Below, piece after piece: positions 33,558 through 43,184 of a DNA stretch of 64,000 nucleotides. The DNA is from an uncultured bacterium. Lineage in GTDB: Bacteria > Babelota > Babeliae > Babelales > Babelaceae. Both the position numbers and the translations under genes were made by a program. Every line of letters begins with the position of its first letter. Positions within the stretch are counted from its first letter, which is position 1. The DNA lies in assembly GCA_963848965.1 (NCBI GenBank), contig CAWKFG010000001.1, positions 1 to 64,000 on the forward strand. Direction: 5' to 3'. The notes under the pieces are model-generated. The model was given only the letters and a program-made list of their open reading frames with translations, was not told the DNA's origin and did no database searches.

Positions 33558-34472
33558 ATGATTAAGATAGTGCTCATGCATATGTTTAATGCGTCTACTT
33601 TTTCATTTAATAAGCTTCTTTTAAATGTACTGCCGCCATTTTTCTTGGCTGGTATAAGTGCATTAGGAGGTAGTATTCTTTTATTGAGTTCTCTCTATTA
33701 TAAAGGTACATTGGGCAGCGTGCTTAATCGTCGTATGCTCTTTGTCATTGTACCTTTAGCGCTCTGTATAACATACGCAGCAGGAATGCTTAAATTTTAT
33801 GCGCTTTCATGCTTAAGTTCATTTCATGTCGCTTTCTTTTCTGCATTAGATCCATTTTTGACAGCTCTTTTGTGTTATACACTACGAGGACAGCGATTAA
33901 CGAGCTTACAAATTATAGGCATTATACTGGCAAGCGTAGGATCATTACCTCTCTTTTTAAATAGTGCTTCACAATATACAGCTGAAGGATTGCATACAGG
34001 TTTTCCTCTTTTGCCGTTGTTAGCAGCGCTAGGATATATTATTATTAATCGGTACGGCTGGATTCGTATGACTGAAGTTGCAGCATCAGGAAACTATTCA
34101 GTATCGCAAATTGTCTCTCTTATGACCTTTATAGGTGCACTGTTTTCATTGGGTACTTCAGCAGTTACAGAACTGTATTGTACTTCATTTTCATGTCTCT
34201 TTTCTTTTTCTTTGCTAGGTATGTTAGGATATGTTATGGTAATAAGTACCCTTGTGTGTTCTCAGGCATATACAAGTTTGCTTAAAGACTATAGTGTGAC
34301 ATTTTTATCGTTGACTGAATTTTTGACACCACTTTTTGTTGCATTGTATGGATGGCTCTTTTTGCACGAAAGGGTAACATGGCATTTTTTTGTTTCTGCT
34401 CTCTTGGTTATCGTAGGTCTCTTTATTTTTTCGGTACCTACTTTATTTCATAAGAGGGTGAAAGAATATTAA
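33558..34472 (+). CDS. DMT/EamA family transporter
   Basis: About 10 TM segments; PLFVALYGWLFLHE. Confidence 0.85.
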   Translation: MIKIVLMHMFNASTFSFNKLLLNVLPPFFLAGISALGGSILLLSSLYYKGTLGSVLNRRMLFVIVPLALCITYAAGMLKFYALSCLSSFHVAFFSALDPFLTALLCYTLRGQRLTSLQIIGIILASVGSLPLFLNSASQYTAEGLHTGFPLLPLLAALGYIIINRYGWIRMTEVAASGNYSVSQIVSLMTFIGALFSLGTSAVTELYCTSFSCLFSFSLLGMLGYVMVISTLVCSQAYTSLLKDYSVTFLSLTEFLTPLFVALYGWLFLHERVTWHFFVSALLVIVGLFIFSVPTLFHKRVKEY

Positions 34473-34489
34473 CAAGAAAGTTAACACAT

Positions 34490-34945
34490 ATGTATAGTAA
34501 ACCTAAAAATATTATTTTTGACTTGGGAGGAGTCCTTTTTGAGCAATTGACCCCTGCTGGTTATTATAGTGAAAAGGCTTATAAGCCGCTCCCTTCTGGT
34601 ATAGCTTTACTGCATGACTGCTATGAAAAGAAGAAAGAGGAATGCAAATTTTTTATTTGCTCAAATTGGGGTGAACGTGCTCTTGATATTTTAAAAAAGG
34701 AATATCCAGAGATTCTTGCAATTTTTCAAGGGGTTGTTACACCTACAATGGCTCAAGCAAAAAAGCCAGACCCAAAAATTTTTAAATACCTTATGAATAC
34801 CTATAATTTACAAGCTCATGAGTGTATTTTTATAGATGATCAGGAACCTAATGTAAAAACAGCTGAATTTTTAGGTATGAAAGGAATCCATGTAACAGAT
34901 TTCACGACTGTTACTGCTAAACTTAAGAAGCTGCTTTCTGTATAA
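34490..34945 (+). CDS. HAD-superfamily hydrolase
   Basis: IFDLGGVL, KPDPKIF, FIDD..NV..A..LGM. Confidence 0.9.
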   Translation: MYSKPKNIIFDLGGVLFEQLTPAGYYSEKAYKPLPSGIALLHDCYEKKKEECKFFICSNWGERALDILKKEYPEILAIFQGVVTPTMAQAKKPDPKIFKYLMNTYNLQAHECIFIDDQEPNVKTAEFLGMKGIHVTDFTTVTAKLKKLLSV

Positions 34946-34958
34946 AAGGAGAAAAACA

Positions 34959-35969
34959 GTGCGCCTGTTAAAGATTCTTGTGGGTCTTATACTTATTCTT
35001 TCACCATCTTTGTATGGAACATCAGTAACTGGGTTGCCTTGTGTAGAGCATTATGAAGAAGTGACTGCAGTGCTGAAAAAGTACAAACGACCAGTAACGG
35101 TCCTAGAAATAGGACAAGCGTCGAGCAACTATACTTTTGCTCTTGCTAGTGAGTTTAAAACTGCCTTTTGTACATCATTAAGCTTTGAATATGCAGATTA
35201 TATAGCATCATTAGCTGCTCGCCGTGGCTCTACAAACATCTGTGTGCTTGCACCTTTTCATAAAAGTCATGCTCTGTATGATGCTCTCTTCCGACCGCAA
35301 TATCTTTCAAAGACAAATATATGCCGTGCACTCAGTCGTTGCGAGCATTTTGATATAGCCATTATTCATGATGTAGACATACTTTTCAAAAATACCGCAG
35401 AGATAATCAATGTACTTGTAAAATTGGCAGAGTTTGTTTTTTTTGAAGTACGTTCTCAAAAAGTAGCAAATCGAATAGCTAGTTCTCAAATACAGCTCGT
35501 GTGCAAATCTTGTGCGGGTGCTCTTCTTGTAAGTCATGACCTGCGTGACTCATTAGATATTGCTCGTTATACACAATGGCGTCGACGCAAGCCTCTTGAG
35601 CCAAAGTATCATATTGAAAGTTCATTTACTCAGAAACTCTTTTATAAAGAAAAGAGACAAGAAGCTGTTACCTGGGTTCCTGGTATAAATTTAATTACGT
35701 TCGTTATGTTGCGAGGGCTCTATCCTACTGATAGCATGATGAAGACCCAGCTAGCTTCACTAAAACAGAATATACCTCATCATAATGATTTAGTGCTCGG
35801 TAATATTGTTGTGCAAGGAACAAAGCTGGTTCCTATTGATTTTAATGATAAGCGGCGAGATGCTAATATGGACGATTGTATTAATGCAGCTCTTAAAGTA
35901 TTTAATAGTGATAAGACTCGTTTAAGAAATCCTGAAAAATGGATAAACGCCTATTATGATGCTCTATAA
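34959..35969 (+). CDS. Hypothetical protein with degenerate methyltransferase-like N-region and kinase-like C-region
   Basis: TVLEIG motif; HNDLVLGN...IDF. Confidence 0.6.
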   Translation: MRLLKILVGLILILSPSLYGTSVTGLPCVEHYEEVTAVLKKYKRPVTVLEIGQASSNYTFALASEFKTAFCTSLSFEYADYIASLAARRGSTNICVLAPFHKSHALYDALFRPQYLSKTNICRALSRCEHFDIAIIHDVDILFKNTAEIINVLVKLAEFVFFEVRSQKVANRIASSQIQLVCKSCAGALLVSHDLRDSLDIARYTQWRRRKPLEPKYHIESSFTQKLFYKEKRQEAVTWVPGINLITFVMLRGLYPTDSMMKTQLASLKQNIPHHNDLVLGNIVVQGTKLVPIDFNDKRRDANMDDCINAALKVFNSDKTRLRNPEKWINAYYDAL

Positions 35970-35973
35970 AGTT

Positions 35974-35995
35974 GGAGAATGCATATGCATTCTCC
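35974..35995. terminator. 22-bp palindrome between convergent ORFs
   Basis: GGAGAATGCATATGCATTCTCC. Confidence 0.55.
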
Positions 35996-36043
35996 TCAAG
36001 TGATATGCCGCACAACCACTGTTAGAGTTAACTTTGAGTAAGA

Positions 36044-36205
36044 TTAAAGAACATCCGTGTTACACGATGACTTTTTCTGCTTTTGATGATCTTTATCGTA
36101 CTGTGCTTTTTGTTCCCATGATTCATCTTCTACATTTACAAGACTTAACAAATTTGATGAAGTACATATGATAAGAAGCACTAAAAATGTAAGTTTTATG
36201 TACAT
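36044..36205 (-). CDS. Small (53 aa) secreted protein or gene remnant
   Basis: MYIKLTFLVLLIICTSSNLLS...; AAGGA Shine-Dalgarno; absent from the ORF track because of its size. Confidence 0.45.
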   Translation of the reverse strand: MYIKLTFLVLLIICTSSNLLSLVNVEDESWEQKAQYDKDHQKQKKSSCNTDVL

Positions 36206-36404
36206 AGCTTTCCTTTTTTACTTTTTCTCCTGTTTATAACCATAACAAAGTTAAGAGCAGAAAGTAAATATTTTTTAATAGTAAATTTTATAAAACAACT
36301 AGAGGAAGCTTGCGCAATAAATTAATGATTGAATTATCTTTTTAATCTGCTATAGTAAAAGAGTAATTGGAGCTCTAGTAGCACACATTGAAGGAACTAC
36401 TCGT

Positions 36405-38267
36405 ATGATTCAACTTCGTACAATATCTTTATCATTAGGTACCCAAGAAATTTTTAAAAATCTTTCTTTAGGTATTGGTGCTGGGCAGCGTATAGGAGTT
36501 CTTGGCAGAAATGGGGCAGGTAAATCTACATTACTTAAGGCAATTGCAGGACAGATCCCTCTTGATGGTGGAGAGATAGCTTTTGAGAAGGGCAAGAAGC
36601 TTGCTTATATGCCACAAGAGATTGTGGTGCTTTCAGAAAAAACTGTTTTTGATGAAGCTTTTTCTGTTTTTGAGCAGTTTACTATTTTAAAAAGGCGTAA
36701 AGAAGAGCTTGAACAGACGTTTGATGCTTCTGGAGCCCAAGAAGCTAGTCTTGATGAATACCTTAAAGTGCAGCAAGAGCTAGGGACATTTGATTTTTCT
36801 GCAGCTCAAGCACGTACTGAAAGAATTCTTACTGGTCTTGGTTTTAAACGTTCTTTATGGCAACAACCAGTAACTGCTTTAAGTGTTGGATGGAAAATGC
36901 GCCTTGTACTTGCTAAGTTGCTGCTCGAGGAGGCAGACTTTTACCTGTTTGATGAGCCTACAAACCACTTAGATTTGGTAGCACAAGAATGGTTTTTTGA
37001 TTTTTTAAAGAATGGTCGCTTTGGTTTTTTACTCGTAACGCACGATCGGTATTATTTAGATCATGGCTGTGATGCGATAGTTGAACTTGAGCGAGGAAAA
37101 GCACTTTTCTTTCATGGTAACTATACGCAATTTAAAAGTTTTAAAGAACAGCAGCAAAAAATGGTCCATGCTGCCTATGAACGGCAGCAAAAAGAGATAG
37201 CTCGCAAACAAGAGACGATTGATCGTTTTAAAGCAAAAGCTTCAAAGGCTCGAATGGCTCAAAGTATGATCAAGCAACTTGAAAAAATTGAGCGTATCGA
37301 AATAGAGCCTGCAGCTTCTACTATTAAACTCTCGTTTCCTCCAACAGCGCGTTCAGGAATGGTAGTACTAAAACTTGAGAATATAAAACATGCTTTTGAT
37401 AATAAAGCAATTTTTGAGACAGTATCTGCAGAAATTCAGCGTGGCGAAAAAGTAGGGCTCGTAGCTCCTAATGGAACTGGTAAAACTACGCTGTTTAATC
37501 TTATTACTGGAAAATATACGCTACAAAAGGGTAAAGTATCGTTTGGCCATAATGTTTTTCATACAGTGTTTGAGCAGGATCAAATGCGTGCATTAACTGC
37601 CAATAATACTATTTATGAAGAAATACTTTCTGCTTGTCCTACTATTAGTGAATCTGTTATTAGAAGTTTTCTGGGCTCGTTTCTTTTTAGTGGAGATACT
37701 ATTGAGAAAAAGATCTCGGTGCTCAGTGGAGGAGAGCGCAATCGCGTTGCTATGGTAAAGGTTCTTTTACAAAAAGCGAATCTTCTCCTTCTTGATGAGC
37801 CTACTAACCACTTGGATCTTTATGCAAAAGAGGTCCTTTTGCAAGCACTTCAAGAGTATGATGGTACTATGCTGTTAGTATGCCATGATCATGACTTTTT
37901 AAATAAAGTAGCAACACGAATCTTAGAATTAACTCCTACAGGACTTTATAGCTATCCAGGAAACTATGAATCATATCTTGAGCAAAAGCGAAATCAAATA
38001 CCTGTACAATCACAACAAAAAGTACAGAAGGTGCAAGAAAAGCCTGTATTGCAGGGCAAAGAGCTTTTTACTCTAAGAAAAGAGGTAACTTCTCTTGAAT
38101 CAAAAATAGAGAAGCTTGAAACTGAAGTAAGCTCTCTTAATAATCTTTTTTTAGAATGTTCATATGGAACACCTGCTTATAATGATGCTATGAATAAACT
38201 ACAAACAGCTCAAAAAAGCCTTGAAGATACAATGAGACGTTGGGAAGAGCTCCAATGCAAACTCTAA
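36405..38267 (+). CDS. ABC-F family ATPase
   Basis: Two NBDs (GRNGAGKST, LSVGW, DEPTNHLD; APNGTGKTT, LSGGE), no TM segments. Confidence 0.95.
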   Translation: MIQLRTISLSLGTQEIFKNLSLGIGAGQRIGVLGRNGAGKSTLLKAIAGQIPLDGGEIAFEKGKKLAYMPQEIVVLSEKTVFDEAFSVFEQFTILKRRKEELEQTFDASGAQEASLDEYLKVQQELGTFDFSAAQARTERILTGLGFKRSLWQQPVTALSVGWKMRLVLAKLLLEEADFYLFDEPTNHLDLVAQEWFFDFLKNGRFGFLLVTHDRYYLDHGCDAIVELERGKALFFHGNYTQFKSFKEQQQKMVHAAYERQQKEIARKQETIDRFKAKASKARMAQSMIKQLEKIERIEIEPAASTIKLSFPPTARSGMVVLKLENIKHAFDNKAIFETVSAEIQRGEKVGLVAPNGTGKTTLFNLITGKYTLQKGKVSFGHNVFHTVFEQDQMRALTANNTIYEEILSACPTISESVIRSFLGSFLFSGDTIEKKISVLSGGERNRVAMVKVLLQKANLLLLDEPTNHLDLYAKEVLLQALQEYDGTMLLVCHDHDFLNKVATRILELTPTGLYSYPGNYESYLEQKRNQIPVQSQQKVQKVQEKPVLQGKELFTLRKEVTSLESKIEKLETEVSSLNNLFLECSYGTPAYNDAMNKLQTAQKSLEDTMRRWEELQCKL

Positions 38268-39163
38268 ACTTTTATAGAGCTTTTTCTTGTCAGATCGTCA
38301 TAGTAGTATAACGAGAGTCCCATGACAACCATACAAAATGAAATGATATAGTTCCAGGAAATGTGTTCACCAAGAAGCATATAGCCATAGAAAGCTGCAC
38401 ATAGTGGGCTTAAAAATCCAGCAAATGCCATAAAAGTAGGGCTATAATAAGTAAGTAAATAAGCTTGTAAGTTCAAGCAGATAAAGTTACTAATAAGTAT
38501 TTGAGCTCCTACAAGAAGAAAGAACGTAAATGCATTGCCAAATAAAGGATTGGGTTCAACCGCAAGTGAAAGGCCAAATGAGAGGCCACCACCTAAGAGC
38601 ATGCTGATACCATTGGCAAGCATAGGATGACAACCACGATGTTTTACAAGTTTCTGAGTAGCAATAAGGTTGTATCCAAAAGAAGCAACTGAGCCGAGTG
38701 TGGCAAGTTCAGCAAGTGAGAAAAATGCTATGCCTCCTCGAATATTTTCAAGCGTAGAGCCTGTAAGCAATGTAGGAACCATACCAGTAAAACCTAACAG
38801 AAGTCCCATTGCTTTTTGATACGAAAGCCGCTCTTTATTAAGAAAATAAGCAAAAAGAGCAGTAAAAAAGGGCATAAGCGTAAATAAGAATGCTGCTTTT
38901 GTAGATGAAATGTATTGAAGGCCCCAAGCACGTAAGGTATAAGGAATAAAGATACCAAAAAGTGCGATTTGTGCGTAGTAATACCAGTCTTTAAATGAGA
39001 AAGAACAGTTCAATTTGCTTAAGACTATATAACTCAGTAACCCTGCGCTTCCTATAAGCATACGCAGTCCTACAATAAAAAAGGGTTTAGCATAAAAGAG
39101 AGTAACTTTACCAAGTGTGAATGTTAAACCAAAAAGGGCATAGAGTATAAAGACTAAAATCAT
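38264..39163 (-). CDS. DMT/EamA family transporter
   Basis: About 10 TM segments; PFFTALFAYFLNKE, PLCAAFYGYMLLGE. Confidence 0.85.
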   Translation of the reverse strand: MILVFILYALFGLTFTLGKVTLFYAKPFFIVGLRMLIGSAGLLSYIVLSKLNCSFSFKDWYYYAQIALFGIFIPYTLRAWGLQYISSTKAAFLFTLMPFFTALFAYFLNKERLSYQKAMGLLLGFTGMVPTLLTGSTLENIRGGIAFFSLAELATLGSVASFGYNLIATQKLVKHRGCHPMLANGISMLLGGGLSFGLSLAVEPNPLFGNAFTFFLLVGAQILISNFICLNLQAYLLTYYSPTFMAFAGFLSPLCAAFYGYMLLGEHISWNYIISFCMVVMGLSLYYYDDLTRKSSIKV

Positions 39164-39257
39164 AACGAAACCAATGATGTTTAAACAATGTGTAAAAGAA
39201 CAAAATGCTTTATCATAGTATAGCAAAATTCATGAAAAATATCTTTTGTTTAATTCA

Positions 39258-39286
39258 TTGACATTTAGTCCAATATATTGGAAAAT
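39258..39286 (+). promoter_or_regulatory. Toxin-antitoxin operon promoter with palindromic operator
   Basis: TTGACA at 39258, followed by the perfect palindrome TCCAATATATTGGA at 39269-39282. Confidence 0.6.
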
Positions 39287-39292
39287 AAAGAT

Positions 39293-39603
39293 ATGATTAG
39301 AATTATAAGAAAAACCTATAAGCTCTATAGAAGTCTAGATTATAACGACTGGTATAATTCTCAAGACACAGCAGCAAAACAGAACGTTTGCTGAAGATAG
39401 AACTTGAGGGATATTTTGGTGACCATAAACCAGTTACTGAGTTTATTTGGGAACTTAAATGGATAAATGGTAGAAGAATTTATTATGCCTATATAGCTGA
39501 ATTAGATATATTACTTCTTCTCGGAGGAAATAAAAATGGCCAAAGCAAAGACATCACCAAAGCAAAAAACATCTTCAAAAAATATTTTAACTCTCAAACC
39601 TAA
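39293..39603 (+). pseudogene. HigB/RelE-type toxin with a frameshift near 39380
   Basis: YNDWYNSQ... in one frame, then ERLLKIELEGYFGDHK...IWELKWINGRRIYY...LLLGGNKNGQSKDI in another. Confidence 0.75.
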
Positions 39604-39880
39604 TGCTCCTGCTTTGATTCCTTATAGTCCAACTGAAGAGATATTAAAAGATGACTTGATTGGTAAGGTTATAGTAGAATGCCTAAAAAACAACGATCCC
39701 GAAGGTGTCATGGATGCTATATCGCTTTATTTGGAGACTGTAAACAAAGTTAAGGCTATAGAGCAAGCATCTATTCCTAGGTCTACTCTTTATCACAGTC
39801 TAAAGAGCAGAAATCCTACTGTGAGAACGTTAGCTAAATTGGTATCACTCGGCGCCAATGAAGCGAGAAAAGTAAAATAG
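39536..39880 (+). CDS. HTH antitoxin (addiction-module antidote type)
   Basis: ECLKNNDPEG...IPRSTLYHSLKSRNPTVRTLAKL. Confidence 0.8.
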   Translation: MAKAKTSPKQKTSSKNILTLKPNAPALIPYSPTEEILKDDLIGKVIVECLKNNDPEGVMDAISLYLETVNKVKAIEQASIPRSTLYHSLKSRNPTVRTLAKLVSLGANEARKVK

Positions 39881-39958
39881 AGCATCATAGAGAAACCGAG
39901 CGGCATCCTTGTCTTGATGGCAAATTTTTTCTAAACTACTCTCTGTCAGGAGGTAGTT

Positions 39959-41266
39959 ATGCTTTTAAAATATTTTTTGTTAAGCTGTCTCATAGTCTCT
40001 TTTTTTTTAACTCATACTGCTGCTGATTGGACTATTTTTATCTATAGTGAAGCTGAAGGTATGGCGGATGCTGCATTACAGCATCTTACTGCTTTGGCTT
40101 CTGGATATAAAGTATGTACTACTTCAAAAGTAAATGTACTTGTACAAGTACATACTTCGGGGCCTACTGCATGGCGCTATGAGATACAAGAAAAAAGTAT
40201 TCGTACTCTAGAAGAAGTTGAGATAAGTACAAACTGTGCTCGAGACTTTCAAGAAGCTCTTACCTGGGCTTTTAAGAACTATCCTGCAAAGCAGCGTGCA
40301 TTGATACTCTCTGGTCATGGCTTTGGAGTAGTAGAGCCATTATGGAATGAATCTTGCAAGCAATGGTATCATCCTTATGAAGAGAAAGAATCTAATAGTA
40401 TTCATAAAGAGCTTTTAGACATTATTGAACAACATGCAGATCATAAGTATTTTTTGCCACGTGCGGGTTTAAATACGCTTCTCACAATACAAGATCTGTC
40501 GAGTGTCTTAAAAAAAGTAGTTGAATCTGCGTGTGATGGTAAGCAGTTTGAGATTATAGGACTTGATGCTTGTGGTATGGGTATGATTGAAGTGATGTAT
40601 GCTCTTGCTCCCTATACTCGTTATTGTATAGCATCACAGGAATGTGAAAGTACACAAGGGTGGGATTATAAAGCTCTTATTGAAAGCTTTCAAAATACTT
40701 ATGAACCATATCAGAGTGCTAGGAGTATTGTCTACTCATATAAGGCCTATTATAAAAATAAAAACGCTTCTCGATTTACGCTGTCAGCAATTGATCTTTC
40801 TTCTCTATCAAAAATTAAAGAGCATATAGATTACCTTACATCGCTCCTTATATCTGTACAAGAACAATATAAAGAGCGCTTTAATGCTGTTGTACTAAAA
40901 GCGCGAAAGAGAGGGCCTAAATTTTGCTGCGCGCCTTTTTATAAAGATATTTATGCTTTTTATGAAGCTCTTGCGCAAGAATTAGAAAACTTTGAATATA
41001 CAGAAAGCATAAGTAAACTTAAGCAGGCATTAGTACAGGGTATGCTTCTTTTAGACCAAGCTATTATTGCCAGTGCTTCAAGTACTTCTTTACATACCGC
41101 TCATGGTCTTTCGCTCTACTTTCCTCTTACTTTTCATCACTCATATATAAAAACTCTTTTTGCTCAAGAAAGTCTTTGGACAGAGTTTATAAAAAACTTA
41201 CAGAGCAATTCGTTGTGTAGAGAGAGTAGTTCGGCATCGTTGGTATTGCTGGAGGGGACTACGTAG
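39959..41266 (+). CDS. Clostripain-family (C11) cysteine peptidase, secreted
   Basis: WTIFIY, LILSGHG, GLDACGMGMIEV, ASQE, GLSLYFP. Confidence 0.85.
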   Translation: MLLKYFLLSCLIVSFFLTHTAADWTIFIYSEAEGMADAALQHLTALASGYKVCTTSKVNVLVQVHTSGPTAWRYEIQEKSIRTLEEVEISTNCARDFQEALTWAFKNYPAKQRALILSGHGFGVVEPLWNESCKQWYHPYEEKESNSIHKELLDIIEQHADHKYFLPRAGLNTLLTIQDLSSVLKKVVESACDGKQFEIIGLDACGMGMIEVMYALAPYTRYCIASQECESTQGWDYKALIESFQNTYEPYQSARSIVYSYKAYYKNKNASRFTLSAIDLSSLSKIKEHIDYLTSLLISVQEQYKERFNAVVLKARKRGPKFCCAPFYKDIYAFYEALAQELENFEYTESISKLKQALVQGMLLLDQAIIASASSTSLHTAHGLSLYFPLTFHHSYIKTLFAQESLWTEFIKNLQSNSLCRESSSASLVLLEGTT

Positions 41267-41830
41267 GCGATTGGCAATTGTCGCATTAAAGGTATTACGT
41301 TCCATTTGGCGAGTTTTAAAGTCTAGATCTTGACGTTGTTTAAGCATAATCATATATTCTTTTGCAGCGGCAAGACGATCTTGGCGCAAGGCTCCTCGTA
41401 CAAGTTGCGGAATCTGCTCGAGTGCTAGTGTAAAATCTCGATCACAATGCAACGTAGTTGCTGCATAAAAACGTCCGCGTGCTCGAGTTTGAGAAAATTC
41501 CCTATCCTGACAACGTTGATACTGCGTAAGAGGTATTCGTAGACGAGCTACCGTTACAACATTAAGTACTCTGCGTTCCATTTCACGAATCCTAAAATCC
41601 AAATCTTGATGCTGTTTAATCATAATCATATACTCTCGAGCAAGGCGCAGACGATCTTGAGAAATAGAGCCTTGCATTTGTCTGAGGATTCGCTCCATTT
41701 CAAGAGCATACCGTTGATCGCATGCAGTAGCAGGAGCAGCTGTACGTCCTTGCAATGCTGTAGAAGGAACAAGTTGAGCCTTACTTTGAATACACAATAA
41801 TAATGTTAGACATACTATAAGATAGTTCAT
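41198..41830 (-). CDS. Secreted hypothetical protein with an internal two-fold repeat
   Basis: Two copies of CD...QDRL..A.EYMIM.KQ.QDLDF..R.MER...RLR.PL.QYQRC. Confidence 0.75.
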   Translation of the reverse strand: MNYLIVCLTLLLCIQSKAQLVPSTALQGRTAAPATACDQRYALEMERILRQMQGSISQDRLRLAREYMIMIKQHQDLDFRIREMERRVLNVVTVARLRIPLTQYQRCQDREFSQTRARGRFYAATTLHCDRDFTLALEQIPQLVRGALRQDRLAAAKEYMIMLKQRQDLDFKTRQMERNTFNATIANRLRSPLQQYQRCRTTLSTQRIAL

Positions 41831-41889
41831 AGGACCCCTTTCTTTTATTTTAATTTTATTATAGAAAATAATAGCAAAGAAAGGCAACA

Positions 41890-41919
41890 AAAATGGCACT
41901 CTTTAAAGAGTGCCATTTT
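41890..41919. terminator. 30-bp perfect palindrome downstream of the 41930-42712 gene
   Basis: AAAATGGCACTCTTTAAAGAGTGCCATTTT. Confidence 0.65.
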
Positions 41920-41929
41920 ATACAATAAC

Positions 41930-42712
41930 TTACTGCGGGATATTGTGCTGAATTGCCATAGCAATCTCATCAAGGGTATCATGAAATGGTATTATATGAT
42001 TATTAAATAAGTCGTTCTGCTCAGCGAGTGATAGAGAAGATTCAGTTAAAATATAATTACGCATATTCATATACATATCAAAAAGATTGTTCAAATCTGT
42101 ATTAAGATCTTTAAGTACGTCTTCGTCGTGAAGAATATGTTCGGTCGTAGCTTTATTAACTTTGAAAACGAGCTCATTTATGCTTTGTTTCCAGGCTTCT
42201 AGATCTATACGAAACGATAAGCTGTCGATAATTTTCTCAAGTGATGAAGAAGGGCCTCCTAGTGCATGATGAAGTTTAGTTGGCTTTGATGTTGTTGAAG
42301 TTTCTGCTGTAATTTCATCACTATCAAGCTTGAGTTGTTCTGCTTGTTCTAAAAGAGTTTGTAACGTATTGCTTGTGTATCCTTGTTGTATATGAGAGTC
42401 TACTGAATTTTCAAACGTAGATACTTTTTCCTTGAAAGAGCTAATGGATGTGCGTAGATTTTTTATTTTTCCTGACTCATTAGCTTTATCTCTAAACTCT
42501 TTAAGCTCTTGTATCATTTCAACTGGAAAAATCGCAAAGAAAGAAGAACGGTCTAAGCGTAAAAGATCAAGTAGATCATATGAAGTAGACTGTTTTGTCC
42601 TTTTAACAGGTGTCCTCGGAGTATTATCTGTGTCTCTATCTCTTTTATGTTGTTCCATTGCATGAGCAAGAGAACAGGATAAAAACATAAGTGCTATATA
42701 CTTTTTATACAT
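41930..42712 (-). CDS. Secreted helical hypothetical protein
   Basis: Signal ending AHA|MEQHKR; basic cluster; FAIFPVEMIQEL. Confidence 0.75.
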   Translation of the reverse strand: MYKKYIALMFLSCSLAHAMEQHKRDRDTDNTPRTPVKRTKQSTSYDLLDLLRLDRSSFFAIFPVEMIQELKEFRDKANESGKIKNLRTSISSFKEKVSTFENSVDSHIQQGYTSNTLQTLLEQAEQLKLDSDEITAETSTTSKPTKLHHALGGPSSSLEKIIDSLSFRIDLEAWKQSINELVFKVNKATTEHILHDEDVLKDLNTDLNNLFDMYMNMRNYILTESSLSLAEQNDLFNNHIIPFHDTLDEIAMAIQHNIPQ

Positions 42713-43029
42713 AGTATTCCTTAAATAGTATATTTAATTTATATAATTTTATCATAATGTACAGAAAGAAAACCTACTTTCTCTCTTATGTCTAACCAAG
42801 CAGGGGTATCTTTACTAGAAGATGTTTGCTTAATTACTCGTTTGACATTCTTAAAAAGTATGATAAAAATAAGCTTTTTCCTATGAGAGAATTATATATT
42901 ATTTTTTTATATGCTTCAATAGTAGGTTTTATATTAATTAATTTTTATATGTAATATTATTGGGCAAAGGCCTCTAGAATACGCGCTTTTTAGTATACGT
43001 ACCATAAAAAAGTTCAGGTAAAAATTCAA

Positions 43030-43170
43030 TACTTTTGTTGTTTTTTTGAGTGTGTAGCCATCAAAGAGTAACCCAAAAAGAATAAACCTGCGCAGGATTT
43101 TTATAAAAAGCGAGGTTTTGCTATACTAAGTGAAGGGGCAACCCGTTTTCTTATGGAAAAAAGCCTTTAA
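43030..43170 (+). pseudogene. C-terminal remnant of a GNAT acetyltransferase
   Basis: NKPAQDFYKKRGF...LMEKSL* at 43081-43170; no intact upstream frame. Confidence 0.6.
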
Positions 43171-43184
43171 ACTGAAAGTATTAT

